Origin: Octopus sinensis
Taxonomy: Eukaryota
Reading direction: 5' to 3'
DNA: 64,000 nucleotides
Assembly (NCBI RefSeq): GCF_006345805.1
Contig: NC_043003.1
Coordinates: 38,936,001-39,000,000 of the forward strand
The position numbers were made by a program, and so were the translations under genes. Within the stretch, counting starts at the first letter, position 1; every line of letters begins with the position of its first letter. Of the stretch, positions 1 through 11,140 are shown piece by piece. The notes below the pieces were generated by a model. That model saw nothing but the letters and a program-made list of their open reading frames with translations. It was not told the DNA's origin and did not search any database.

Positions 1-37
1 TGTATGTATGTATGTATGTATGTATGTATGTATGTGT

Positions 38-87
<50 letters not shown>

Positions 88-125
88 GAGAGAGAGAGAG
101 TGAGAAAGAAAGAGAGAGAGAGGGA
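1..125. repeat. Compound microsatellite (TATG)n-(TA)n-(GA)n
   Basis: Directly visible tandem repeats. Confidence 0.95.
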
Positions 126-220
126 GAGGAGGTAAGAGAAAATGTGTTTATGTGTGTGTGTGTAAAACAAATCAGCTGTCCAGGTTATGTATTAACAATA
201 AATTAACAATAAATTAACAA

Positions 221-425
221 GGCGCAGGAGTGGCTGTGTGGTAAGTAAGCTACTCTTTTTAATGCCTTTATGGCAAATCTTAATGAAATAAGGTAGCTTG
301 CTTACCAACCACATGGTTCCGGGTTCAGTCCCACTGCGTGGCACCTTGGGCAAGTGTCTTCTACTTTAGCCTAGGGCCGACAAAATTTTTGTGAGTGGAT
401 TTGGTGGACGGAAACTGAAAGAAGC
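221..425 (+). mobile_element. SINE family A, 5' half (tRNA-like head + CORE-like segment), with a short insertion in the head
   Basis: GGCGCAGGAGTGGCTGTGTGG (A-box-like), GGTTCAGTCCC (B-box-like), CACCTTGGGCAAGTGTCTT (MIR/CORE-like); matches full copies at 13240, 16256, 32677, 52721. Confidence 0.85.
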
Positions 426-614
426 AGCACTACCGCTACCTGCACCACCGCCGCCGCCGCCACCACCACCACCACCACCAATTACAACAATAACCCAAAC
501 AACAACAAAACATGTCAACGAGGGACTCAATAAACACTCTTTCGATCGAATTGCTGCCAAATTTTCAACCGTCTTAAAAAGGACATCGTAAACAAGAAAT
601 CCAAAATAAGTAAT

Positions 615-649
<35 letters not shown>

Positions 650-650
<1 letters not shown>

Positions 651-1204
651 GCCCTGATGCAGTACCAGACAGTGGCTCTCATGGCTTCTGATCTTAATTG
701 ATTGGAAGTGTTATCATGTATATGTTTTGTCTTGGTGTAAAAGATGGGCTACAGCAAATATTCTGCTCTATACCACAGATTTGCTTGTTAGTTGTTTGAT
801 CTTAACCAGTTGACCATGTCCCTTAGTGGTTGATGATATGTGCATCTCTGATCACGAGCAGAAGTAGTGGGGGAGCATCATATCCATGCGTTGAGAGGGA
901 TTCTTTGGGGTTTGAATAAATCGCCTCTGGAAACATGGGTGTTTCGTTCAACATCCTTAAACAACCCTTATTCAGGGATCTTTTGAGCAGGATGGGTTAC
1001 TCGACCAGAAGAAAATTCTAACTGGTCCCCACCTGCAAGGTCATGTGCTGTTTATCTTGACATGAGACCACCATGTCGCGCACATATGGTTGTGATACAT
1101 GTGCCTGATGTACCCTTTTCAGACGGGTAGTCATGATGAGTATACTGGGCTTCGTATATTTTACCCCAGTGTCACTTTGATGGCATGCACTGCTCTCTCA
1201 CTCA
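650..1204 (+). mobile_element. 555-bp non-coding interspersed element flanked by (TAA)n, copy 1
   Basis: Aligns end-to-end with 19617-20171; TGCCCTGATGCAGTACC...CTCTCTCACTCA; (AAT)n on both sides. Confidence 0.85.
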
Positions 1205-1266
<62 letters not shown>

Positions 1267-1269
<3 letters not shown>

Positions 1270-1690
1270 ATCCCTTGCGATCACAATATAGCGGCGAAAG
1301 TATTTGACAAGATTAGTAAATATAAAGACCTGCTAACAGAAATTGAAAAAATGTGGCATCGCAAGGCGACTACAGTACCAGTGATTGTAGGATCTCTAGG
1401 AATGATAAAAAAGGTACTGAAACCTATTTGAAAATGATTCCAGGTTTACCATCCCTACAGGAAGTGCAAAAAATCGTATTAACTGGAACAGCTCATGTAC
1501 TGTGAAGAGCATTATCGCTGTGAAAACAACATCCATCCATGAATTTATTTATTTATTAATTCTTAAATACATATTTTATCTGTGAATTTGCGTGTGTAAT
1601 CTGGGAATGCATGCAATGAGCCTCTCTGCCCTAGGTGTATGGAAAACACTCGGCGAGAAACGGAAGAAAATTTGAAGAAAGGAAAAAACA
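1267..1690 (+). mobile_element. Dong/R4-clade non-LTR retrotransposon 3' fragment (REL endonuclease C-terminus, 3' UTR, TAA tail)
   Basis: MSIPCDHNIAAKVFDKISKYKDLLTEIEKMW..TVPVIVGSLGMIKK, frameshift, MIPGLPSLQEVQKIVLTGTAHVL; ends in (TAA)n, the known Dong target/tail. Confidence 0.85.
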
Positions 1691-1710
1691 TAATAATAAT
1701 AATAATAATA

Positions 1711-1772
<62 letters not shown>

Positions 1773-2434
1773 GAGTGATGAAGATTGGAATGCTCGTAAT
1801 CATTGGTACACTCAGTTAGAACTGAGTTAAGGTTAAGAATCATCATCATCAACATCATCATCATCTGCGGCAGCAGCAACTTCCGCAACAGAGGTCAACA
1901 ACATATAATGCATAACCTAAAACAACAGCTACAGTTCAAACCAAGTGAATAAGCAGGTGAAAATATAGTTCTTGCAAAAAATTCTAATTAAAAAATTAGT
2001 CCGCTTTATGTACAAGTAATTAGAGTATCAGAACAAATGAGCAGTTTTTAATTAGTAGGTTGTTACTATCGTAGCCAATGAGAATATATTTTTACAATGA
2101 AGTTAATACTAAGAGCATTGCCAAGAGTCATTGTTGCCGGTAGCCTGGGGTAGTAAGAGGGTGAGGTGATAAGTATAGAAGGTCAGAGAGTAGAGGGGGG
2201 AGAGTGTTAAGTGATGGGTGGAGGTAAATCGATTGACTCGTGTAGGAGGCGGTTAGTTTATGAGAAGTAAGCCATGAAATTCTTTTAAAGTAACAAAGGC
2301 CAATATTACAGTAGGGTAGATGTGGTATTGATAGTGTTATTAGAGAGAGTGATCGAGCGAGCGTGTGAGCGAGAGAGAAAGAGAGAGGAGAGAGAGAGAA
2401 GGAGTGAGAGAGAGTGTATGTGTATATATAACTG

Positions 2435-2755
2435 GCACTTCGTCGGTTACGGTGACGAGTGTTCCAGTTGATCCGATCAAGGAACAGCATGCTCGTGAAA
2501 TTAACGTGCAAACGGCTGAGTACTCCACAGATACGCGTAGTCTTAACGTTGTTCCCAGGGTGAGATTCAGCGTGACACAGTATGTGACAAGGCTGGCACT
2601 TTGATACACAGGTACTACTGATTTTTGCCTGCTGAGTGGACAGTTTCAATGTAAAATAAAATGCCTTTGCTTAAGGACACATACACGCCGGGAATCGAAC
2701 TCACAGCCTTGCGATCGTGCGTCGAATACACCAACCACGAAGCCACGCGCTTTCA
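2435..2755 (-). mobile_element. SINE family C, tail type 1
   Basis: Reverse complement of the copy at 8310-8630; A/B-box-like head near 2690-2755. Confidence 0.8.
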
Positions 2756-3862
2756 TGAGAGTATGTATACATATGAACGCACACACGTACATACATATTT
2801 ACACATATAGAGGCAGGCGTGGCTGTGTGCTAAGAAGTTTGCTTCCTAAGCACATGGTTCTAGATTCAGTCCCACTGCATGGTACCTTGTGTAATTAAAT
2901 GCATGCTACTTAAGCCTCGTTTCCTCCCCACTTTGATTCTCATTGTGTGCGTGTGTAGATTTTCTTTATTTATTACCTTCCACCAAACCTAATATGTGCA
3001 CTCATCCTGCACCTCTTATGTTAACTCTTACCGTATCTGTTTTACTCTCTCCCCCCCTCTCTCTCTCTCTCCAACACAGTGTGTACTATGTTAAAAGTTA
3101 CAGCCAACCAACCAGCCAACCAGCCTTTATATTTACTATTTTTCAATAATGATGATACATCCTTGTTTTCTTTCTATTTTAGAACAGTAAAGTGCAATTG
3201 AAGTAAGGTTTGGTTTGTATTTATGGGAAGTCGAGTAACGATGTAGAAGTTACTTCTCTAGCGGGATGTAGATACGTTCTTATCTGATCTATAAAGTGGT
3301 TTTCTTATATAATTGACGTGGCAGCTTCCTCAACCCAACGGTGTAGTAGCTCTCCCATTATCAGTTCTTGAAATGCTCCAGTTGTTTATTCTCTCTGTGA
3401 ATAAGAATATGGCTCCAAGAATAAGATCCACTTTCTCAGTTATTTGAGTTTTCATCACCAGTTTATAGAAGCGAACTTACTGGCTTAAGGTCGGTGACAA
3501 GAAAATGACAGCTAGGTTTCTTATCGCGGTCATGCGAGTAACAGGTGCAATGGTGGTAGAGGTGGCAGTACTGTCAATCATATTTGAACTACTTCTATGT
3601 ACGACGACGATGATGACGACGACGATGCAAATGGGTTCGAGAAACAATTTTGTATTTGATTGTACTTGTTAAGCGCTGATAAAACAGAGATATCAATGTG
3701 CATGGATGACCAAACCATTCAGAAGTCGGAGCAGCGATGGCCTAACCCTTATTTTCTGTTTGTTTGCGACAATGATATCATTGCGAAATGTAGAAAATGT
3801 TACTGTAGTCGAGTGATATCAGTAGTGCTCGTGATGAATATTGTGCGTGGGCGACGATAGTA

Positions 3863-3971
3863 GGCTCGTTCAGTGGGATCCAAGGACAATGAAGCTTACC
3901 CATAACAAAAACAAAACAAAACAAAAAATGCAAATAAGAACAACGTTTTAAAGTTCGAATATTACCACAAT
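3863..3971. repeat. Unclassified ~110-bp repeat, second copy at 5229-5335
   Basis: GGCTCGTTCAGTGGGAT..CAATGAAGCTTAC..TTTAAAGTTCGAATATTA.CACAATA shared by both copies. Confidence 0.75.
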
Positions 3972-4984
3972 ACATAAATAAATATTTAAAAATCATTTAA
4001 AAACGCTACTGTCGGAGATGAAGGGATGTCCAGAACCATGACTAATGTATGAAGTTATTATAAATACTGGGATGGGATGTTCGGACTTTAATTCAGTCTC
4101 CCTTCTGGAGAAACTTTACTCTTCTCGTGCTTACCATATCGTTGCTGTAGTACATTAGAAAGCAACAATTACCACGTGACTCGACAGAAGGCAAACGAAA
4201 TAATCATATTAGATTCACGTAAAACCCAACTGCAGTATAAGCGACTACAAGCACAGTCGAGGGGAAACAATGGAAGAAACTTATGATGACTGAGTTAGCA
4301 ACACTCACAGTAGTAGTACATTCACAGAAGCAACAGAACGTAAGTATGCTATACAAGTATCAAATGAAATGGTTCAAGAATTTAGGATTCTCTTCAACCA
4401 TTTATACCGCGGTCAATGTCGGGCTGGAAAACCAAAGAAGTTGTTGAATGATTAGTTGAAGACAACTCTGAAGAGGAGTAACACTTACATTTCAAAACAC
4501 AGTGGTTTCGATGAGAGAATTACTGCGGACTGCTTCAAAATATGCAGCTTCTCAGACAGGCCCTTTTTGTAATTTGCATGATCCAGCTGAACTCTGAAGG
4601 GATCTAAGTATAATGCTCCAACTATTGTGGGGCATTTAAGCCCTTGGTGTCTAATAATCCTAATTAAACGAGTCAGGAAATGGCATTCACTCTGACTCTA
4701 GAACTTGTAGCGTAGCTTGGTGATATCTTCCCTATTTGAGAGATATATTTCCTAGCTAGGCTACAAATATTGCAGATATTGCAGTCGTTGGCGGTAAGCC
4801 CCGTATATGTCTTCTAGTTAATTGAGTGTTGATCTATACACGACAGATTCGTAAAGACAGAATCCTTTAGTGGTCAGATTACTCAATTTTAACAATTTCA
4901 GGCGTGGGGTGGGTGTCGCAGGTCTGTTGACTGGTTTTGAATAATATTGTGAAATGTTGATTAATATTAATTAAATTTGTCTAG

Positions 4985-5165
4985 GGCGACGAGCCGGTAG
5001 AACCGTTAGCACGCCGGGTAAAATGCTTTGCGGCATTTCGTCTGTCTTTGCCTTTCGTTTTTTTCAGGGTCGATAAATAAGTACTAGTTGATCACTGGGA
5101 TCGAAGTAATCGACTTGCCTCTCGCCCGAAATTGCTGACGTTGTGCCAAAATTTGAAACAATTAT
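4985..5165 (+). mobile_element. SINE family B, short-tail type
   Basis: GGCGACGAGCCGGTAGAACCGTTAGCACGCCGGG...GGGTCGATAAATAAGTAC...CCAAAATTTGAAAC. Confidence 0.8.
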
Positions 5166-5409
5166 TGATTAATTTTGTGTAATATTGTGTGTAGGCAACA
5201 GCTTGCAACAAATTTCATCTCATGACCTGGCTCGTTCAGTGGGATTCAATCACAATGAAGCTTACAAACAACAAAAATACAAAACAAAAAATGCAGCGAA
5301 AATTACATTTTTAAAGTTCGAATATTAACACAATATATCGTTGCTATTACGCAAGTGTCGTAAGTGCAAAACTTTGCTTTGTCAGAAAACGAAAAAATAG
5401 TTTGACCAT

Positions 5410-5645
5410 TTCATAGCTATTTCTTTACTGCCCACAAGGGGCTAAACACAGAAGGGACAAACAAGGACAGACATAGGTATTAAGTCGATTACATTGACCC
5501 AGTGCGTAACTGGTACTTAATTTATCGACCCCGAAAGGATGAAAGGCAAAGTGGACCTCTGCGGAATTTGAACCCAGAACGTAACGGCAGACGAAATACG
5601 GCTACGCATTTCGCCCGGTGTGCTAACGGTTCTGCCAGCTCCCGT
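5410..5645 (-). mobile_element. SINE family B, long-tail type
   Basis: Reverse complement of consensus seen at 14738-14970. Confidence 0.9.
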
Positions 5646-6151
5646 CGTACTACACTTTGACAATTTTTGATATCTTGGCATCTGAAGCAGCTGGCGATAC
5701 GCTAGTTTGACCAAAAGAACCAGCTATTGAAAACAAAAATAAATATTGAAAAAAAAAACGCATTTGGCTAAATTTGGATGTACGACAGTTTTTGAGTACT
5801 AAAATAAGGGACGGAGGGAATATAGTAAGTTTTAAAAGCGTAAGCGTGAGTGGGAGAAAGTATACGTGTAAAAATGTATTCAATGTATTCGTATTTAATG
5901 TATGAGCATACAGGAGAATATGTGTGGGGTGGTGATGGTGGTGGTGTGTTGTTGTGCTGTGTTATGTATGTGTGTATATGGCTGGGTCATTACGCATTTC
6001 ATATAGCATTTGTTTTGGGTAGAGTAGGTTAGACTCATTTTTGGCCTGAATCTTCCTCAAACTATCGTCCGGCTTGGTTGTAAACAATGTTTCTGTGTCA
6101 TCCGAATTTTGATTTTATTTTCCTAAAATTTTGCAACCCTTACAGTTGAAA

Positions 6152-8082
6152 ATGGCATAAAAAGTAGAGGAGTTAAAAGAGCGCGTGTGAACTTATGTAT
6201 GGCACGGAAATTAGAGCTAATTTATAAATTAGAACGAGGCGTCTCAGTAGAATATGTTTGTAAAATTTACGTCGTAAAAAAAAATTGTGTTTCTGATATA
6301 CGTAAATCAAATGTCAAATTGAAATAGTTTTCTTTAAACTATGGCTCTGCTGTTGTGTGTAGAGACCACTTGAAATTTGGGTAAAATAAAATTATAGCAG
6401 AATCTGTAAGTAGTATGATCAGCAGAGATCTAATAGCGTTCATGTACTAAGTCTGTCGAATGTCTGTAAAGATAACCTTAACAAGCTAGCAAGTCTTGAG
6501 TGGAAATCTACGTGTGAATCATTTTGAAAACACATGGGATTTAATATAGAAGCAAATGAAAACGGTGAGCTGGCAGAATCGTTAGCACGCCGGACAAAAT
6601 ACTAAGCGGTATTTCGGCTGCCTTTACGTTCTGAGTTCAAATTCTTCCGAGTTTTACTTTGCCTTTCATCCTTTCGGGGTCGATAAATTAAGTACCAGTT
6701 ACGCACTGGGGTCGATGTAATCGACTTAATACCTATGTCTGTCCTTGTTTGTCCCCCTCTGTGTTTAGCCCCTTGTGGGTAATAAAGAAATAGGTATTTC
6801 GTCTGCCTTTACGTTCTGAGTTCAAATTCTTCCGAGTTCCACTTTGCCTTTCATCCTTTCGGGTCGATAAATTAAGTACCAGTTGCGCACTGGGATCGAT
6901 GTAATCGACTTAATCCGTCTGTCTGTCCTGTTTGTGTCCTGTGTTAAGCCCCTTGTGGGTAGTAAAGAAATAGGTATTTCGTCTGCCGCTACGTTCTGAG
7001 TTCAAATTCTGCCGAGTTCCACTTTGCCTTACATCCTTTCGGGGTTGGTAAAATAAGTACATGTTGAACTCTGGGGTCGATATAATCGATTAGTCTCCTC
7101 CCCACGATCTTGTTGGTCTTGTACCAAAATTTGAAATCAATATAAGCACAAATAATGAGTGGCCATAACATTTTAGAAAATGACATGACAAAACTTCTGA
7201 TAAATCATTTTAGGGCAGGCACAGAAAATTTATAAATAAATTTATTAAATCTAAAGGCCATATTTTAGCACAGATTTATAATAATGTCAATGAAACTGGC
7301 TACTTCTATCATGCTATACCTGACCTGCAAGGTAAATGAGAAGTTAAATTGCTCGTGAGTTAAATAAGGAGGTAATTTCTGCCTTATATGCAAAAGCTGG
7401 TAAATTGTATTTACCTAAGGTGATGGAAACAGAGAAATTAAAGAAATTCCGCCTCGTTAGAAGTATTACGAATCCCTTACCCGTTATATATATTTCAGTT
7501 CAATAAATACGTGGTTTACCTTGCACAATTTTTTTACTGTTTTCCCTAGCGCTCTGTCTCTGATGTGAGGTGCTTCAAGATAGAAGTTCTAGAGATTTCC
7601 ATGAATAATGTAAACGTATTGCCTTTTGATAACGTCTTTGCTGGCCCTAATACTGGGACGGCAGAATTGTCTTTTGGCAGTCATTTATTTAACAAAGAAC
7701 CAAAGAATAATAAATAGCTTGTAAAAGGCTGCATATTTTTTTAAAGAAGCAAAGGCTATATTTGAGCATGATGACGATGCAGAAGATACGAGGGAAACTA
7801 CGACACATCAGCATTTTTGAGCTTACAACATTGTTTGCATTTAAAAAAATTTACAGTGGCTTGGAAGCAAATGAAAACAACGGATTTGGTAAAGTTGTTG
7901 AATACTTTGAAATTGATTTATATTTTGAGGAATTTACTGCAAATAACTTTCAATGTATTTTTGTAAATGCTGACAACTGTGAAATAGTCGAAGATGAAGT
8001 TCGGGAATGGTTTGAAAATGATAAAGGTAATCCTGGTACTCCATTGTTTGCTGGTGAAAAAAAACAAACTTTCTACTTATAG
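6152..8082 (+). mobile_element. Decayed pogo/Tigger (CENP-B-like) transposase remnant, interrupted by a SINE-B trimer
   Basis: GVKRARVNLCMARKLELIYKLERGVSVEYVCKIYVVKKNCVSDIRKS (HTH-psq-like, ~6170-6330); QIYNNVNETGYFY (cf. QIYNADETGLFW, ~7270); NTWFT; VLPFDNVFAGP (cf. LLLDNAPAHP); EVREWFENDKGNPG (acidic C-terminus); many stops/frameshifts. Confidence 0.75.
6563..7145 (+). mobile_element. SINE family B head-to-tail trimer (long-long-short tail)
   Basis: GGTATTTCG unit starts at 6608, 6793, 6973 (periods 185 and 180 bp). Confidence 0.9.
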
Positions 8083-8099
8083 GTGAAGGTCTGAAATTT

Positions 8100-8270
8100 T
8101 TGGGAGGAGCCTAATCGACCGCAGTGATCAATTGGCATTTTATTTTATTGACTCTGGGAGGATGAAAAGCAAAGTCGAAAACGGCGTAATTTGAACTCAG
8201 AATGTAAAGCCGGAAGAAATGCCGCTAAGAATTTTTCCCAGAGTGTTAACGACTCTACCACCTCGCTACC
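8100..8270 (-). mobile_element. SINE family B, diverged
   Basis: GGATGAAAAGCAAAGTCGA..GGCGTAATTTGAACTCAGAA = reverse complement of the B core. Confidence 0.75.
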
Positions 8271-8309
8271 TTGCCGAGGAGAAAATAATGGACGATGTAG
8301 AGCGGCAGA

Positions 8310-8630
8310 AGACGAATGGCTTAGTGGTTAGGGTATACGGCTCATGATCGTAAGGTCGTGAGTTCAATTCCCGGCAATGCGTTGTGCCCTTGAACAAGAC
8401 GCTTTATTTCATGTTGTTTCTGTTCACTCAGCTAGCAATACTGAGTAGTACCTGTTATTTAAAGGTCAATCTTGTCCTATTTTTTTGTCACGCTGAATCT
8501 CCTTGAGAACTACGTTAAAAAGTACGCGTGTTTGTTGCGTGCTCAGCCACTTGCACATTAATTTCACATACAGGTTGTTCCGTTGATCGGATCAAGTGGA
8601 ATAATCGCCGTAACCGACGGAGTCCCATCT
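8310..8630 (+). mobile_element. SINE family C, tail type 1 (tRNA-derived head + CORE-like body)
   Basis: TGGCTTAGTGG A-box, GAGTTCAATTCC B-box, GTGCCCTTGAACAAGACGCTTT CORE-like, tail ending CGTAACCGACGGAGT. Confidence 0.85.
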
Positions 8631-8814
8631 AGTGCAAAACGTTGGAGAAGACTAAGTTTTGTCAGTATGATCAACACTGTCTGAAAGGAGGAATAACTTA
8701 GACATTAACATTCACATCTTAAAGTCATCTTCTAGCCATTAGATTGTTCTTTACTATGAACATTTTTAACAGTTCAGTTCGAGGTACTCATTATTAAGAA
8801 ACTATAAAGCAGAA

Positions 8815-9000
8815 GCGTTAGCTTGCCGGATAAAATGCTTTGCGGCATTTCGCCCGTCTTTATGTTTTGAGTTCAAATTTGCCTTTCATCCTTTCGGGGT
8901 CGATAAAACAAATACCAATTGAGCCCTGGGGTTGATATAAATCAACTTACCCCTCCTTCGAAATTGATGGCCTTGTGCCAAAATTTGAAATCATTAAGAA
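8815..9000 (+). mobile_element. SINE family B, short-tail type with internal deletion
   Basis: TTTGCCTTTCATCCTTTCGGGGTCGATAAA core; GGCCTTGTGCCAAAATTTGAAATC tail. Confidence 0.8.
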
Positions 9001-9274
9001 ACTATATCAAAATAGCAATGGACTGTTGATGGACGTTTTCATTAACCTAAGTTTAATGACTCCCACTACCGTTTCACAATCAAAACCTGTTCACCATATC
9101 GCCTACAATGCAATTCATAATTTCAATGCCTCAGTTTCAGCACATTTTTTTAGTAGTAACTGAAGTTAAAAATTAGTCTTCACCTTCCTCTTCAAATACT
9201 GAATAAAGACTATAGTATCGGTCTTACTACTAGTCAAGGCAAAATGATACTCAACTTCCTATTAAAAAGTAAAG

Positions 9275-9991
9275 CTTACTGACGGCGAAAATGATTCCTG
9301 CTACCTTCGGGCGTTACGCGCATAAAACTTGTCATTCTGCATTACATGCATAAAGCCTGTCATTCTGCCTGTTGGTAACTGCCTCCACGATGAAGATCTC
9401 GTCGGAACAGATCAACACTTTGTTAACGGCGCGCTTCATCTCAGCTGACATGGTTTTACTCCAGTCGAGCAGTTTTTTCTTGGAAGCTGCTGAAATTAAC
9501 TACTGGGATTGTTTCTTGTATGCAGTTAGCTTTAAATCCTCTTTAAAAATCCTATGCATTGACAATTTCGAAACATCAAGAGCTTTACAGTTTCTCTTGC
9601 AACCCTGCAGGGATTTCGGATCATTTGCTTCTTCACAGCTTCAACAGTTTGTTTGGTACGAATTGATCATTTTCTATCAGGAATTTGGTTTGCTAGAGGT
9701 AGTAGCGGACTCCATATATCGTTTCCAGATATTGATCACTGTTTTATGGTACATATTCAACCGTTTTGCTACGTCCCTGTTGCTCACTCCATCTGTTTTC
9801 AAAGCGACAATCTGATCACATTTTGCTTTCGACGCCATGTTTATTTACAGATCTGTTATAGACGAACGAAACTATAGACACATGAACAGAAGACAAATGC
9901 AAAACTTTATATGAAATGTTGATAAAATTACCCGAACCTATATTCTTTAGGAAGAGTTTTAAACGTGGGTAAATCTTTCTGGGACACCCTG
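9275..9991 (-). mobile_element. Tc1/mariner-superfamily transposon 5' remnant (maT/DD37D-like)
   Basis: TA + CAGGGTGTCCCAG terminal at 9993-9979; ATG at 9838: MASKAKCDQIVALKTDGVSNRDVAKRLNMYHKTVINIWKRY; later SMHRIFKEDLKLTAYKK and SDEIFIVEAVTNRQNDRLYA (cf. SDEKIFTVE..NRQNDR); stops and frameshifts; 3' part missing. Confidence 0.85.
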
Positions 9992-10240
9992 TATATACGC
10001 ACTTACACAATGTCTGAAGAAAAAAGATGTGGTCACAATTTTAGAATTTGACAGAGCTATATATGCATATGTCAAACCTGATATTGTAGACGTTCGTCCT
10101 ATCAAATTTAATTCAAAGCAGTTCAGGTCTACCCGGCTCGTGACTACGGTACCCTATGTATATACATCTTTTACTTGTTTCAGTCATCAGACTGAGGCCA
10201 TGCAGGGGTACCACCTTGTGTGTATATATATATATATATA

Positions 10241-10466
10241 TTCTGCAGAAAATAATTCTCTGCAGTGAGTTATGACGGTTAGAGAACATAAGGGTTGTCC
10301 ACGTTGTGGTCATCCCTCTTATATGTATGTAATATAATTTTCTGAACCTTCAGATTTTAATATGCTAGACCACTGGTTTTAAATTGATATTAATCAAATT
10401 TAAAATTTTTAATTTATATGTTCTCTAACCGGCATAACTCACTGCAGAGAATTATTTTCTGCAGAA
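10241..10466. mobile_element. MITE-like fold-back with 50-bp terminal inverted repeats
   Basis: 10241-10290 and 10417-10466 are reverse complements with one mismatch. Confidence 0.8.
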
Positions 10467-11039
10467 TTATTTCCGGAATTTTAACGCACCAAAACGAGGA
10501 CTTTTGAAAAATAACCCCGAATGTAATCAGTAGAACTGTATACATGTCCAATCTCATGCGGACGTCTCGTGTATAGTTCTGCAATTATATTTCTGCAATT
10601 ATATGACTATCATGCTGAAGAGCTACGGACAAATTACGTAAGTAAAATTACGTAAATGTTAATAGCGAAACATGTCCATGATTAATCTATATTTTTGTTA
10701 TTTCTCATTTGTCTTGCTCGATTACATTCTGGCGTTTGCTGAATTTTCTTGAGAACATTTCTTAGTGGTAAGACCATAGCGGATCTGCTTCTAGCATAAG
10801 GGTTGTTCACGTTTTGGTCATCCTTCTTATGTGTATGTAATATATATTTATATACATATATATACATACATACGTACGTACATACACACAAACACACACA
10901 CACACACATATACATGTCTTTGTATGTATATAATATATATTATTCGGCTCAATGCAACTTAAAGTTTCACAGGCTTCTTACAGAAACTTAACTCATTCAG
11001 GCTCATTTACCGTTTGTCCACTCACTCGTAATATACATG

Positions 11040-11040
11040 A

Positions 11041-11115
<75 letters not shown>

Positions 11116-11140
11116 ATATCTATCTATCTATCTATCTATA
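11040..11140. repeat. (TATC)n microsatellite
   Basis: Directly visible. Confidence 0.95.

Noticed and set aside
3183-3202. 20-nt micro-exon candidate (ttttctttctattttag|AACAGTAAAGTGCAATTGAA|gtaagg)
   Set aside because: Good splice sites but too short to separate from chance without RNA data
3250-3400. - strand ELLHRWVEEA..HFIDQIRTYL, faintly like a Gypsy gag/SCAN-type segment
   Set aside because: Short, stop-interrupted, no LTR or pol support
4330-4800. Possible mariner/Tc1 ghost (KWFKN.., CRAGKPK, SMRELL)
   Set aside because: Motifs too degenerate and no TIR found
6563-7145. Regularly spaced repeats suggesting a CRISPR-like array
   Set aside because: Whole ~184-bp units repeat with no unique spacers; eukaryotic SINE multimer; no cas genes
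7762-8082. ORF as a stand-alone 106-aa gene
   Set aside because: Explained as the C-terminal frame of the decayed pogo transposase
8310-8375. tRNA-like A/B-box sequences at SINE heads
   Set aside because: Each continues into a SINE body and lacks a complete cloverleaf; not tRNA genes
9372-9815. 147-aa + strand ORF
   Set aside because: Antisense shadow of the - strand maT-like transposase
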